Shown: positions 21,111 to 31,724, counted from the first letter of the stretch. The stretch: 64,000 nt of DNA from Bdellovibrionota bacterium (GCA_050952645.1 JBMNLI010000007.1:32001-96000); one strand, 5' to 3'. Made by a program: numbers and translations. Notes: generated by a model not told the origin, from the letters alone.

Positions 21111-23108
21111 ATGAATAGTAATAAAGAAAAATATTTTACGAAAGGACAGTGGGTGCTATATGGGACTATAATAATTTTAGCACTACTTTTTAGAGGCTCT
21201 GGGCTGGAAGATAGACCTATTCATCACGATGAAGCTATCCATTTAATGCAAGGATATTATTGCTACGCTTGGCCTATGGAGCGCCCAGGCGAGCCTTGCT
21301 ATAAATACGACCCTATGACGCATGGTCCTTTTTTATACCATTCTTTAGGTGTAGTTTACAGGCTTTTAGGTAGCTCTGTATTTTCAGGAAGAGTATATAT
21401 GGCATTTTTAGGTTTTATCTTTGTGCTTCTTCCTTTCTGTTTTAGAAAGTATTTAAAGCCTAAAACTACATTATTTTTAACGATGCTTATAGGACTTTCG
21501 CCTACTATGATTTATTGGTCTCGGTTTGTTAGAAGCGACTACTTGATGCTTTCTTGGTGGTGCATGATTTTATTAGGAGCCGTGCTTGCTCCGCCTAAGT
21601 GGAAATCGTTTTTCGTTATATTAGGTTTAAGTTTGCAGATTTGCACTAAGGAAAATTCGTACGTTTTCTTTGCGATAATGTTAGGGTATTTGTTGTTTGA
21701 GTATTGTTTTTGTAAGTTTAAAGATAATAGTTATAAGGAGACGTGTTTATATAAAATATATAAGAATTTTTTATCTTATAAATTTATGTATCTTGTATCG
21801 ATAAGTGTTTCTCTTTTTGTGATGTATTATTTTTTCTCTAGTGGATTTAAATATTTTTTAGACTCTCCTTCTTTCTTTGAAAAATATTTTGGCACATTGC
21901 TAGATGGTATTTATAGAAAAAGTTTTGCATATTGGTTAGGCTTACACGGGGAGGAAAGAATAAAGGGACCTTTCTTGTATCAATTTTATATGATGGCTTG
22001 GCATGAGTTTTTTTTAGTGCTCGTGTTTTTAGGGCATATTGTTTATCTTATGAAAAAAGCTATTTGGGCAAGATACGTATTTATTTTATCTTTCTTAACA
22101 TCGATAGTTTTAGCTCTAACGCATAGTTATATCGGGCTTACAGATACAGTGATTTGGAATTTTTTTAAATTAAAAAATACTTATGATTTTTTTGGCTTAT
22201 GTATTTTGCCTACTTATTCAGTTGTAGTGACTATTTATCATTTATTAAGAAATGAAAAGGCTTTAGCCTTTTTTGGTTATTTTGCATCGGCAAATATGGC
22301 GACTTACTGTTATCTAGGAGAAAAAGTTCCTTGGCTTAGTGTATATCCTATTTTAGCTTTTATGATTTATTATGCTTTGTTATTTAACGAAGTGCTTAAA
22401 TCGCCTTTTTACGATAAGGCTAAAGAGTTTAGTGTAGCGCTTATGATGAATATTATTGGTGGCATTAGTATATTGCTCGGTATAATTTTTATACTTCAAT
22501 CTGAAAATTATAAGGTATTAGGCAATATTGACTTTATAGTATTTGGTATTATTTTATGTATATTAGCGAGTAGTTTTAAGGAAGCTAAGTTTAATCTTAT
22601 AAAATTTATTTTTATAGTCTTTTTTATTTATGATATTCGAGTAGCTAGGATAGTTAATTTTCAAAATGCTGGAAGTGAGCGTGAGGTTTTTAGTCAAGTT
22701 CATACATCGAGAGAACTACATAATGTTTTAAATGGCATAAAAGATACGATAGATTCTTATAGGTTAGGCTATGAGCCTTTGATGTATGTAAAGGGAGAAA
22801 CTGAGTGGCCTACCGTAACTTATATGATCGGCTATAGGCAATTAAAGTATTCTATGGCAGGGCATAAGTTAGAAGATTTTAAGTATTTAATTGAAGACCA
22901 GGAGTCGACTAGGAAAGAGAAAAAGCAAGAGAGCATCGTTAAGGGGCATGAAGATAAGTATAATTCTAGCTTGATAAAGACTAGATATTGGTGGGCTCCA
23001 GATTACGACAAGATGACGTTAAAGGCATTTTTAAATTACTCTTTTAATCACGTTCCTTGGAGTGGGCCAGGGTATTTTCATGCGATGTTTCATGTTAGGA
23101 AAGAGTAA
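21111..23108 (+). CDS. GT-C membrane protein, TIGR03663/Agl23-like
   Basis: RPIHHDEA, YKYDPMTHGP, YWSRFVRSD, TKEN, EKVPW motifs; many TM helices. Confidence 0.75.
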   Translation: MNSNKEKYFTKGQWVLYGTIIILALLFRGSGLEDRPIHHDEAIHLMQGYYCYAWPMERPGEPCYKYDPMTHGPFLYHSLGVVYRLLGSSVFSGRVYMAFLGFIFVLLPFCFRKYLKPKTTLFLTMLIGLSPTMIYWSRFVRSDYLMLSWWCMILLGAVLAPPKWKSFFVILGLSLQICTKENSYVFFAIMLGYLLFEYCFCKFKDNSYKETCLYKIYKNFLSYKFMYLVSISVSLFVMYYFFSSGFKYFLDSPSFFEKYFGTLLDGIYRKSFAYWLGLHGEERIKGPFLYQFYMMAWHEFFLVLVFLGHIVYLMKKAIWARYVFILSFLTSIVLALTHSYIGLTDTVIWNFFKLKNTYDFFGLCILPTYSVVVTIYHLLRNEKALAFFGYFASANMATYCYLGEKVPWLSVYPILAFMIYYALLFNEVLKSPFYDKAKEFSVALMMNIIGGISILLGIIFILQSENYKVLGNIDFIVFGIILCILASSFKEAKFNLIKFIFIVFFIYDIRVARIVNFQNAGSEREVFSQVHTSRELHNVLNGIKDTIDSYRLGYEPLMYVKGETEWPTVTYMIGYRQLKYSMAGHKLEDFKYLIEDQESTRKEKKQESIVKGHEDKYNSSLIKTRYWWAPDYDKMTLKAFLNYSFNHVPWSGPGYFHAMFHVRKE

Positions 23109-23115
23109 GTATTTT

Positions 23116-23147
23116 GGTTCTAAAACCCACTTAAAACGTGAAGAGTA
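23116..23147 (+). repeat. Minimal remnant of the hairpin/MITE family
   Basis: GGTTCTAAAACCCACTTAAAACGTGAAGAGTA flanked by AGTATTTT on both sides. Confidence 0.6.
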
Positions 23148-23169
23148 AGTATTTTAAGGTGTAGCAGAG

Positions 23170-23640
23170 ATGACAAGAAATACAAAAGGAGCGATAAAAG
23201 TAGTAGCAGAAAATAGAAAGGCTTCTTTTAATTATGAGCTTTTAGAACGCTTTGAAGCTGGGCTAGTGCTTAGAGGGGCTGAAATTAAGGCTCTAAGGGA
23301 AGGGAAGATAAGTTTACAAGAGTCGTATATTCGAGTTATAGATGGAGAGCTTTATTTACTTCAAGCGCACATAAGCGAGTATTCTCATAGCAATGATAAA
23401 ACTTACGATCCTGTAAGAAAGCGAAAGCTTTTAATGCATAAGAAAGAGATTTTAAAACTTGGAGCGAAAGTTGAGACGAAAGGTTTGACGCTAGTTCCCG
23501 TAAAAGTTTATTTGAAAAACGGATTTGCTAAGCTCGATATCGCATTAGCTAGAGGAAAAAAATCTCTCGATAAAAGAGAAGCGATAAAAGAAAGAGAGCA
23601 AAAGATAGAAGCTAGCAGGGCTTTAAAGTATAGAAGATAA
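23170..23640 (+). CDS. smpB: SsrA-binding protein
   Basis: NRKASFNY, EAGLVLRGAEIK, RKLLMHKKE, ARGKK..DKR. Confidence 0.96.
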   Translation: MTRNTKGAIKVVAENRKASFNYELLERFEAGLVLRGAEIKALREGKISLQESYIRVIDGELYLLQAHISEYSHSNDKTYDPVRKRKLLMHKKEILKLGAKVETKGLTLVPVKVYLKNGFAKLDIALARGKKSLDKREAIKEREQKIEASRALKYRR

Positions 23641-23716
23641 TAAATATTTTGCTTATTTGCAGTTTTGTTTTAGTTTATTTTATTTTAGTTTCCGTGAGAG
23701 GAGTGGGGGAAGAATT

Positions 23717-24124
23717 GTGGAAAAACTTAAGTTAGATGTATCAAGGCTTAGAAATGCCTTAGCGTCTTTAAGAAGGTGCTTTAATGATTACAAGGCTAAT
23801 ACTAATGCTACAATGCAGGAGTATATAGAGGATGCTTGTGTAAAAAGATTTGAGTTTACCATAGAAACTTCATGGAAGATTATGAAAAAATATTTAAAAG
23901 AGGTTTATGGTGTGCAAGATAGAGAACTTACGATAAATAATATTTTTAGACTTATGCAAGGTTATGGATTTATAAAATCATGGGAAAGTTGGAAAAGTTA
24001 TTATGAAAGGAGAAATGAAGAGTATAGCCCTAAAAACACTAAAGAGATTTTAAATTATATAGGGCCTTTTTTAGAAGACGTAACATTTTTATACGAGAAG
24101 CTTAACTTTGCATTAGATAAATAA
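23717..24124 (+). CDS. HEPN protein, HI0074 family (nucleotidyltransferase partner)
   Basis: DACVKRFEFTIETSWK motif; GTG 23717 follows a G-rich SD. Confidence 0.8.
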   Translation: MEKLKLDVSRLRNALASLRRCFNDYKANTNATMQEYIEDACVKRFEFTIETSWKIMKKYLKEVYGVQDRELTINNIFRLMQGYGFIKSWESWKSYYERRNEEYSPKNTKEILNYIGPFLEDVTFLYEKLNFALDK

Positions 24125-24140
24125 CGAAAGGGAGAAATAG

Positions 24141-24449
24141 ATGAAATACGGGATAAACGAGAAAGAATTAGAGATTGTAAATAGTATTTTAAGCAAGTAT
24201 GAAGAAGATTATTCTTTTTATTTTTATGGTTCTAGGATAAAAGGTAATTTTCAAGCAACGTCGGATTTAGATATTTTAATTAAGGGGGGAAGTGAGATGC
24301 CTTTAAACGTGCTAAACAATTTAAAAAATGGGTTTGATGTATCGCCTCTTTCTTTCATTCCTAATTTTTGTGATTATCATAAAATTTCTAAAGAGTTTTA
24401 TGAACTTATTAAGGCAGATCTTATTTCTAATAGGGAATTGATAGTTTAA
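24141..24449 (+). CDS. Minimal nucleotidyltransferase (MNT)
   Basis: YGSRIKG..SDLD (GS-x10-DxD), 102 aa, follows the HEPN gene. Confidence 0.85.
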   Translation: MKYGINEKELEIVNSILSKYEEDYSFYFYGSRIKGNFQATSDLDILIKGGSEMPLNVLNNLKNGFDVSPLSFIPNFCDYHKISKEFYELIKADLISNRELIV

Positions 24450-24451
24450 CT

Positions 24452-24525
24452 TTTTTATTCTTTGTTTTTATTCTTTGTTTTTATTCTTTGTTTTTATTCT
24501 TTGTTTTTATTCTTTGTTTTTATTT
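24452..24525. repeat. Tandem repeat, 13-bp unit TTTTTATTCTTTG, about 5 copies
   Basis: Read directly. Confidence 0.85.
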
Positions 24526-24535
24526 TTTTTGTTCT

Positions 24536-25201
24536 TTACTTAATCACATTAAAAATTCTTTTTAAATCGTTAAACGACCAATAGATAAAAAGTGCTTTGC
24601 CTTTAACTCTTTTAGTAGGGAGAAAGTGGCTGTTCCAATATCTCGAATCTTTCGACCTATCTCTATTATCTCCTAGTAAAAATATATGTCCTTTTGGAAC
24701 CGTTATTTCATCGAACTCTCCGCTTGGTAGACCGCCGTAAACCCATTGAGCGTAGTCTTCGTGCGTAGGTTCTCCATTTATGTAGACTATCATATTTTTT
24801 AGCGAAACCTTATCGCCTTCGACAGCTATTACTCTTTTTATAAAATTCATATTTTCTTCTTCTTCGCTATCTATATCTTCTTTAGTAAACACTACGATAT
24901 CGCCTCTTTTAGGTTTCGAGTATTCATAGACGGCATTATCGACAAAGGGGAGCCTTATTCCGTAAGCAAGTTTATTTACTAGTAGATAGTCGCCTATTTG
25001 TAAGGTAGGTATCATAGAGCCTGACGGGATTTTAAACGCCTCGATAATCGTTCCTCTAATAAACAGCCATAAAACTAGAAATATCGCAGCGGTTTTGATA
25101 AAAGAAACTATTTCGTTATTACGTTTTTTATTTTCATTATCGCTTTGTTCGTTTGGCTCGCTTTGATCATTTTGATTTTCTTTATTTAATTTTTCTTGCA
25201 T
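24536..25201 (-). CDS. lepB: Signal peptidase I
   Basis: IPSGSMIPTL, FIKRVI, GDNRDRSKDSR. Confidence 0.95.
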   Translation of the reverse strand: MQEKLNKENQNDQSEPNEQSDNENKKRNNEIVSFIKTAAIFLVLWLFIRGTIIEAFKIPSGSMIPTLQIGDYLLVNKLAYGIRLPFVDNAVYEYSKPKRGDIVVFTKEDIDSEEEENMNFIKRVIAVEGDKVSLKNMIVYINGEPTHEDYAQWVYGGLPSGEFDEITVPKGHIFLLGDNRDRSKDSRYWNSHFLPTKRVKGKALFIYWSFNDLKRIFNVIK

Positions 25202-25521
25202 AACTAAAAAGGGTATAACGAGTTTAGTAAAAAAACAAGATTATATCGAAGTTCTTTTATATTAGTTCTTTTATATTACACTAATTTATACTAGTTTATT
25301 TATATTAATTTATTTATATTCCGCATTTTCAATGCGACTTTAAACTCCTAAAACCTTAAAAGGTCAATAGTTTTTTTAGTTTAATAAAAAACCTATTCTA
25401 TATATCTAGTCATTATCTTAAAATCGTAATAAAATTTACTATGTTTTGTATTTTAAAAAATTCCTTTTTATTAGAGTAAATTTTACTTGATTTTAAAAAA
25501 TATTTTTAAAAAAGAGGCTTA

Positions 25522-28500
25522 ATGAATTTTTCAAAAAGTAATAGTTTCGTAAATTTTAATAAAATTTCTTTTATCTTATTAAAATTTTTTCATTCGATAT
25601 TCGATTTTCTTATTTTCATTACGGTATTTTTTTATATAAGTGGTAGATATAGTGGGGAAGACGAGTTTTGGATTACGATGCTTGCATTCGTTTCTTTCTG
25701 CGTGCCTTACTTAATATTTGCCGCATTTAATGGAAGCTTTATAGATAAGTATTCAAGCGTTAAAGCTTTTAGAGCTAGTAGCATCGTAATGCTTTTTTTA
25801 TCGTTAAGTGTAAATTATTTTTTCTCATTAGAAAGCGTTTCAGCACTCTTTATTTTACTATTTTTAGTGGGAGCAAACCGTTCGCTATACGTGGCATCTA
25901 ATTTTGTTTATCTATCTGAAAGATTTAAAGATTACGATAAAAGTAAAGCCTTTATAGCAAATCAAGGTCTTTCATTTTTAGCACTAATAACTATCTTGTT
26001 TTTAGGTGCGGAAAAAGAGCCTTTCTTTGTAAGAAGCGTTTTAATAAGTGTAAGTTTTTTAACGGTAATAATAAGTTTTTTGCAAAAAGATGTTAAGCAA
26101 ATAGAAACTAAGCATATTAAAATAGATTATTTTCCATTAAGTATTTTTAAAACTTTTGAAAAGATGAAAAGACATTTTGGAATAAATATTTCAATATACG
26201 CTTTATCTTCTTTCTGGGCCTTAATATCTATCTTTTGCTTTGTTTTAGTTTATAGAACTTGCCTAGGTATGTCTAATATAAATACCTTGTTGCAAACATT
26301 AGCGCTATTATCTTTAGGTGCCATAGTAAGCGGTATTGCTACTTCCTTTTTATTTAAAGACAAGGTGGAACTCGGCGTAATTCCGCTAGGCGCTTTTTGT
26401 TCTTCCGTATCGTTATTTTGTTTTTCTTTTTTATCTCCTGATGGAATATTTTACGATTTATTAACATTTTTAATGGGCTTTAGTTTAAGTTTTTTTATAC
26501 TTCCAACTTATGGATACGTTCAAAGCAAAATTCCTTATAGACAATCTGGAAGATACAATGCGGCTATTTTAATGATAACAGTTTTCTCTGCATCGATAGT
26601 AGTCGGATTATTCGTATTTGCAGGTTTCGCTTTAGGATTTACAGATAAATCGATTTTAAGAGTAGTTTCAATTTTAAGTCTTGGGTTGACGGTGCATGCC
26701 GCTTTTTTACTTCCTAAATTATTTTTAAGATGTCTAGTCTGGGCTTTAGTAAATATAGTATATAAATTAAAAATAATAGGTATAGAAAATGTGCCTAAAA
26801 AGGGCGGTGCAATAATAGTGTGTAATCACATGTCGTATTTAGACCCTTTTATAATAATGGCTTCGATGACACGTTCGGTTAGGTTTTTAATTTACGATAG
26901 CATCTATAATTTAAAGTATGTAAAGCCGATAGCAAAAATTCTTCGTGCTATTCCTCTCCCAGAAAAAGGTTCAAGAGAAACGGTTCTAGCATTTAGAGAG
27001 GCTGCGAATGCTGTAAAAAAAGGTGAGATAGTAGTTATCTTTGCGGAAGGGCAAGTGTCGAGAGTCGGCAATATGCTTCCTTTTACGTCGGGCTTTACTC
27101 GCATATCAAAAATGACTAAAGCACCAGTTATCCCTATGTACCTAGATAGAATTTGGGGAAGTAGCTGGATATTAAATGATGGAAAGTTTGCTAAAAGTAT
27201 GCCTAAAGAGCTTCCTTATCCGCTAACTATCGTAGTTGGAACTCCGATAAAAGAGCGCACGGACACTTATAGGATAAGGCGTGCAGTTCAAGAGTTAGGG
27301 GCAGATGCATCAAAGTATAAAAAGGAAGTTTTTCAGCTTTTGCACACCTCGTTTATTAGGTCTGCAAAAAGAAAGCCTTTTAGAAAAGTAGCTATCAACG
27401 CTACTGGGCTTTCTTTAAATTATATTACGATTCTAGGAATGTCTCTTTTAATTTCTAGAAAATTAAAAAATGAACTTAAGAACGATAAGTTTGTAGGAAT
27501 AATGATCCCTCCATCTGTAGAAGCGGCCTTAGTAAATATTTCGCTATATTTTATAGGAAAGATTCCTATAAATTTAAATTACACAGCAGGAAATGATTTT
27601 TTACTATCAGTTGAAAAACAGACTGGAATGAAAAAAATAATTACTGCTAAAAAAGTTTTAGAAAAACTTAACAAAGAAAAACTAGATTCTATGTTTTTTT
27701 TAGAAGAGTTATTAAGCGGAGTTAAAAAATCAGAAAAAATTAAATACGTATTGTATGCTCTTTTAATCCCAAGAATTTTAATAGAAAAAATATTCTTAGT
27801 TAAAAGACCGTCTAGACATGATATGGCAACTATTATATTTTCTAGCGGAAGCACTGGAGATCCTAAAGGCGTAATGCTTTCTCACGATAATATTACATCG
27901 AATATAGAAAGCATACTTTCCGCAGTTGAGTTCAACTCTAGTGATGGGTTAGTAGGGATATTGCCATTTTTCCATTCATTTGGATATACAGTTGCACTTT
28001 GGCTTCCACTTCTTAGAGGGTTTAAAATTTGTTATCACAATAACCCTCTCGATGCTACGACCGTTGGCAATATGGTAAAGGAACATAAGCTTACAGTGTT
28101 AGTAGCTACGGGAATTTTTATGGCTACGTATATTAAAAAGTGCGATGTTGAACAATTTAAGAGTTTAAGATTCGTTATAGCGGGAGCAGAAAAACTTCAA
28201 AGGCAGATAGCTAAAGATTTTGAAGAAAAGTTTGGTCTTAAAATTTACGAAGGGTATGGTTGCACAGAGTTATCGCCCGTAGCTGCCGTAAATTTATTTA
28301 ACGCTGATGGGTACTGGAAAGAACAAATCGGAGAGAAATCTGGCACTGTGGGGCGTCCTATGCCGCAAATATGTGCTAAGATTACATCTTTAGAAACTGG
28401 TGAAGAGTTAGGCCCAAATGAAGAGGGTATGCTATGGATAAAGGGCCCAAATGTGATGATGGGATATTATGGAAAGCCTGAGCTTACTAAAGAGGTGTTA

Positions 28501-28905
28501 AAAGATGGTTGGTATTCGACTGGTGATATTGCTATTTGCGATAGGGATGGGTTTATAAAAATAGTAGATAGAGTATCTAGATTTAGTAAGGTTGCAGGAG
28601 AGATGGTGCCACATATAAAGTCAGAGGAACTTATTCAAGAAATATACGGCTCTACAGAAAGATGTTGCGTCGTAACTGGCGTGCCAGATGGAAAGAAGGG
28701 TGAAAAGTTAGTAGTGCTTCACGTTATGGAAGATATCGACCCTAAAGAAATATCGAAAGAGTTGCAAGCAAGGGGATTGGCAAATTTATGGATACCAAAA
28801 CCTGAGGAGTATTATAAGGTTGATGCTTTCCCAGTTCTTAGCACGGGAAAACTAGACTTAAGAGGCGTTAAAAAATTAGCTTTAGATATTACTAGTAGGA
28901 ATTAA
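25522..28905 (+). CDS. aas: MFS + 2-acylglycerophosphoethanolamine acyltransferase + acyl-ACP synthetase fusion
   Basis: MFS-like TM region; NHMSYLD and FAEG (PlsC); FSSGSTGDPKG, EGYGCTE, TGD (AMP-binding). Confidence 0.9.
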   Translation: MNFSKSNSFVNFNKISFILLKFFHSIFDFLIFITVFFYISGRYSGEDEFWITMLAFVSFCVPYLIFAAFNGSFIDKYSSVKAFRASSIVMLFLSLSVNYFFSLESVSALFILLFLVGANRSLYVASNFVYLSERFKDYDKSKAFIANQGLSFLALITILFLGAEKEPFFVRSVLISVSFLTVIISFLQKDVKQIETKHIKIDYFPLSIFKTFEKMKRHFGINISIYALSSFWALISIFCFVLVYRTCLGMSNINTLLQTLALLSLGAIVSGIATSFLFKDKVELGVIPLGAFCSSVSLFCFSFLSPDGIFYDLLTFLMGFSLSFFILPTYGYVQSKIPYRQSGRYNAAILMITVFSASIVVGLFVFAGFALGFTDKSILRVVSILSLGLTVHAAFLLPKLFLRCLVWALVNIVYKLKIIGIENVPKKGGAIIVCNHMSYLDPFIIMASMTRSVRFLIYDSIYNLKYVKPIAKILRAIPLPEKGSRETVLAFREAANAVKKGEIVVIFAEGQVSRVGNMLPFTSGFTRISKMTKAPVIPMYLDRIWGSSWILNDGKFAKSMPKELPYPLTIVVGTPIKERTDTYRIRRAVQELGADASKYKKEVFQLLHTSFIRSAKRKPFRKVAINATGLSLNYITILGMSLLISRKLKNELKNDKFVGIMIPPSVEAALVNISLYFIGKIPINLNYTAGNDFLLSVEKQTGMKKIITAKKVLEKLNKEKLDSMFFLEELLSGVKKSEKIKYVLYALLIPRILIEKIFLVKRPSRHDMATIIFSSGSTGDPKGVMLSHDNITSNIESILSAVEFNSSDGLVGILPFFHSFGYTVALWLPLLRGFKICYHNNPLDATTVGNMVKEHKLTVLVATGIFMATYIKKCDVEQFKSLRFVIAGAEKLQRQIAKDFEEKFGLKIYEGYGCTELSPVAAVNLFNADGYWKEQIGEKSGTVGRPMPQICAKITSLETGEELGPNEEGMLWIKGPNVMMGYYGKPELTKEVLKDGWYSTGDIAICDRDGFIKIVDRVSRFSKVAGEMVPHIKSEELIQEIYGSTERCCVVTGVPDGKKGEKLVVLHVMEDIDPKEISKELQARGLANLWIPKPEEYYKVDAFPVLSTGKLDLRGVKKLALDITSRN

Positions 28906-28993
28906 AAATTAAATTGCTAAAGATATTTTTTTGATTTTAAATAGTAGCAAATCGCAAAATAAATTTTAATAATTTTTAAAGGAGATAGAGATA

Positions 28994-29416
28994 ATGTTTA
29001 TAAAAAAAATTAATGATAGTAAATATATGATGCGTTTAGAAAAAGATGAAATGGTAATGGAGAGCATAAAAAAGTTCGCAAAAAAGTATAATGTTAAATC
29101 TGCTGAGGTGCGTGCTTTAGGGGCTATCGATTACGTAAGTTTATCTCTCTATAGACCTGCTACAAAAGATTACGATACAAGGGAGTTTAATGAGCCTTTT
29201 GAAATTTCATGTCTTTACGGAAATATTTCTAGTTTAAATGGAGAACCTTATTCTCACATTCATATTAGTTTAAATAATACTAACTATGAAGGCATCGGAG
29301 GGCATTTAAATGAAGCAAGAATCTCTGCAACGCTCGAAGCTTACATAGATGTTTTTGATGTGGTAGTAGATAGAAAAAAAGATGAGAATGTAAATTTAAA
29401 TGTTTGGGATATTTAA
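28994..29416 (+). CDS. PPC/DUF296 domain protein
   Basis: RLEKDE, GNIS, HIHISL, GGHL. Confidence 0.85.
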   Translation: MFIKKINDSKYMMRLEKDEMVMESIKKFAKKYNVKSAEVRALGAIDYVSLSLYRPATKDYDTREFNEPFEISCLYGNISSLNGEPYSHIHISLNNTNYEGIGGHLNEARISATLEAYIDVFDVVVDRKKDENVNLNVWDI

Positions 29417-29419
29417 TAT

Positions 29420-30085
29420 TTACCCTAAGCTCCAATCTATCTCTTTTTTACCTAGTTTTCTTAAAATCTCATTAGTTTTAGAAAACGGCTTTGAGCCAAA
29501 GAAACCTCTATAACAAGAAAGGGGAGATGGGTGTGGAGCTTCTAAAATAAAATGTTTCGTTTCGTCTATTTTTGCACACTTCTTTTTTGCAAAGCCTCCC
29601 CATAAAATAAAAACAACACCCTCTTTTTCTTCATTAATTTTAGAAATTACAAAATCTGTAAAAGTTTCCCAGCCTATATTTTGATGCGATGCAGGCTTAC
29701 TAGCCTCTACACTTAGCACGGCATTTAATAAAAGCACGCCCTCTTTTGCCCATTTAACTAGAGAGCCACTTTTAGGAGTGCTTATGCCGACATCATCATA
29801 AAGTTCTTTAAATATATTTTGAAGTGATGGAGGAAATGGAACTCCATCTTTTACGGAAAAACTTAAGCCGTGAGCTTGCCCCTCGCCGTGATAAGGGTCT
29901 TGCCCTATAATAACGACTTTTATATCACTAAAAGGAGTATAAGAAAAAGCATTAAAAATATCCTTATTTGAGGGATATATGATTTTTCCTTTTTTTCTTT
30001 CACTTTCAATAAAAGAGATAATATTTTTAAAATATTCTTTTTCCTTTTCTTTACCTAAAATATCTTTCCAAGAAATTTGTTTCAT
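29420..30085 (-). CDS. ung: Uracil-DNA glycosylase
   Basis: GQDPYH, GLSFS, HPSPLS. Confidence 0.97.
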   Translation of the reverse strand: MKQISWKDILGKEKEKEYFKNIISFIESERKKGKIIYPSNKDIFNAFSYTPFSDIKVVIIGQDPYHGEGQAHGLSFSVKDGVPFPPSLQNIFKELYDDVGISTPKSGSLVKWAKEGVLLLNAVLSVEASKPASHQNIGWETFTDFVISKINEEKEGVVFILWGGFAKKKCAKIDETKHFILEAPHPSPLSCYRGFFGSKPFSKTNEILRKLGKKEIDWSLG

Positions 30086-30103
30086 AAATAATTTTTTTTA
30101 ATG

Positions 30104-31018
30104 CTAATATTTTTTTATATCATCTATAGATTGCAAAATGCTTAAGTATGATAAATACCTACTTTCTGCGAGCGTTTTATCTTCTACGCATTTTTTTACA
30201 TAACAATTTGGCTCGGCTCCGTGAAGACAATCGCCATACTCGCATTTTGCACTTAATTTATTTATATCTGTAAATAAAAGGCCTACCTCATACTTATCTA
30301 AAAAAGACACATTAAAATTTGAAATCCCAGGTAAGTCTATTATAAATAAATCTTGCTTTTCTTTATCTCTTTTATCGCTACTATAATGAAAACCGAAAGC
30401 TTGAGTAGTAGTCTGTTTGCCGTGTCCTCTTTTTCCTAGTTCCCCTACTTTGTTTTCAGCGGTTTTAATTAGCTTATTTAAAATACTACTTTTCCCAACG
30501 CCTGAAAGTCCACAAAAAAGCACTTGTTCTTCATTAGTGTTATCAAAATACGCTTTTAAATCATCTATACCTACTAAAGTTTTAGCACTAGTTTTTAATA
30601 TATCGATCCTCAAATTCTTATAGAGCGTTAAAATAGGCATAATTTTTTTAGTATCTAAATCGCACTTATTTAAAATTATACTAACTGGTATATGCTCTTT
30701 ATTTGCAACGCATAGCACGTTATCTACAAAATAAGTATTTATCATCGGCCTAGGGGATACCATTAAAAAAATTCTATCGATATTACAAGCTATGTTTTTT
30801 TCTGAATCAAAATAGTATCTTTTAAAAATATTTTTTCTTTCTAAAAAATTAGAAACGTAAAGCTCTCCTTTTTCAATATAACAATTTACTATATCTCCTA
30901 TAATATAATCGCTTTGATTAGAGGCGAATTTTCCCATCATAATTTTTTCGTTATGCCAAACGTATGCATAACGTCTCGATAAACTAACTAGCCTAGATTG
31001 AAAAGTTTCTAAAGTCAT
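30104..31018 (-). CDS. rsgA: Ribosome small subunit-dependent GTPase A
   Basis: Circularly permuted NKCD..GLSGVGKSS..DLPG; C-x4-C-x-H-x5-C zinc finger. Confidence 0.9.
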   Translation of the reverse strand: MTLETFQSRLVSLSRRYAYVWHNEKIMMGKFASNQSDYIIGDIVNCYIEKGELYVSNFLERKNIFKRYYFDSEKNIACNIDRIFLMVSPRPMINTYFVDNVLCVANKEHIPVSIILNKCDLDTKKIMPILTLYKNLRIDILKTSAKTLVGIDDLKAYFDNTNEEQVLFCGLSGVGKSSILNKLIKTAENKVGELGKRGHGKQTTTQAFGFHYSSDKRDKEKQDLFIIDLPGISNFNVSFLDKYEVGLLFTDINKLSAKCEYGDCLHGAEPNCYVKKCVEDKTLAESRYLSYLSILQSIDDIKKY

Positions 31019-31026
31019 AAAATTAT

Positions 31027-31515
31027 TTAATTCTTAATATCTTTAACATTAGAAAGAGCCCCTAGAAAATCTTTAGTAGTTTCAGTATCTGAGAAATGAT
31101 TTTCTATATACACTTTAAGTTCTTGTAAAAAATTTATAACCCACGTTAAAATTTCTCCCCAATCTATTTCTTTAGCAAGGAATGATACGATAACGCTAGC
31201 GACTGTAAAAATTATTGGTGCAATTAGCGCTGGCCTAAAACCTTGAACCTCAATGCCAGGGAGTATTTTTACTAAAACCCAAAATAGCAAACCATTAGTT
31301 AAAAATAGAATGATCATTTGGTATGTAGGCTCATCGGGAACTTTCATAAAAAGTGCTAAATCCCAAACATTAGCATTTATAAAAGCAAGTGCGGCGACCA
31401 TAAATATCGCTCCAAAGATGCTCGTAATCTTTAATTTAGGAATTAGCCAGCACGTTAAGAGCATTGCGCAAGTTTGTAAAATCCAGTAGTTTAAATTGAA
31501 TGTAGGAATTTTCAT
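31027..31515 (-). CDS. Four-TM YvlD/phage holin family membrane protein
   Basis: Four hydrophobic helices; LPGIEVQGF pattern. Confidence 0.7.
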   Translation of the reverse strand: MKIPTFNLNYWILQTCAMLLTCWLIPKLKITSIFGAIFMVAALAFINANVWDLALFMKVPDEPTYQMIILFLTNGLLFWVLVKILPGIEVQGFRPALIAPIIFTVASVIVSFLAKEIDWGEILTWVINFLQELKVYIENHFSDTETTKDFLGALSNVKDIKN

Positions 31516-31724
31516 ATTAAATTTTTGTATGGGAAGTTCTATTTATTATGTAAGAACTCCGATACCTTATAAAAAATAATTTTTAAATCGTTTGCATTAA
31601 GTTTTTTTTTGAGCATAATAAGCACTGCATTTGTTTTTGAGCTCATAAAGTCAATTATAACCATTTTGTTTTTATTTGGAAATAGCAAAGGCGTATAGTG
31701 TTATCTTTATTAAGTATATTAAAT

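Noticed and set aside
23641..24530. tmRNA or integrated island next to smpB
   Set aside because: No ssrA-like ends, integrase or att repeat seen
31027..31515. Prophage suggested by a holin-family gene
   Set aside because: YvlD-like genes are common on chromosomes; no phage genes nearby
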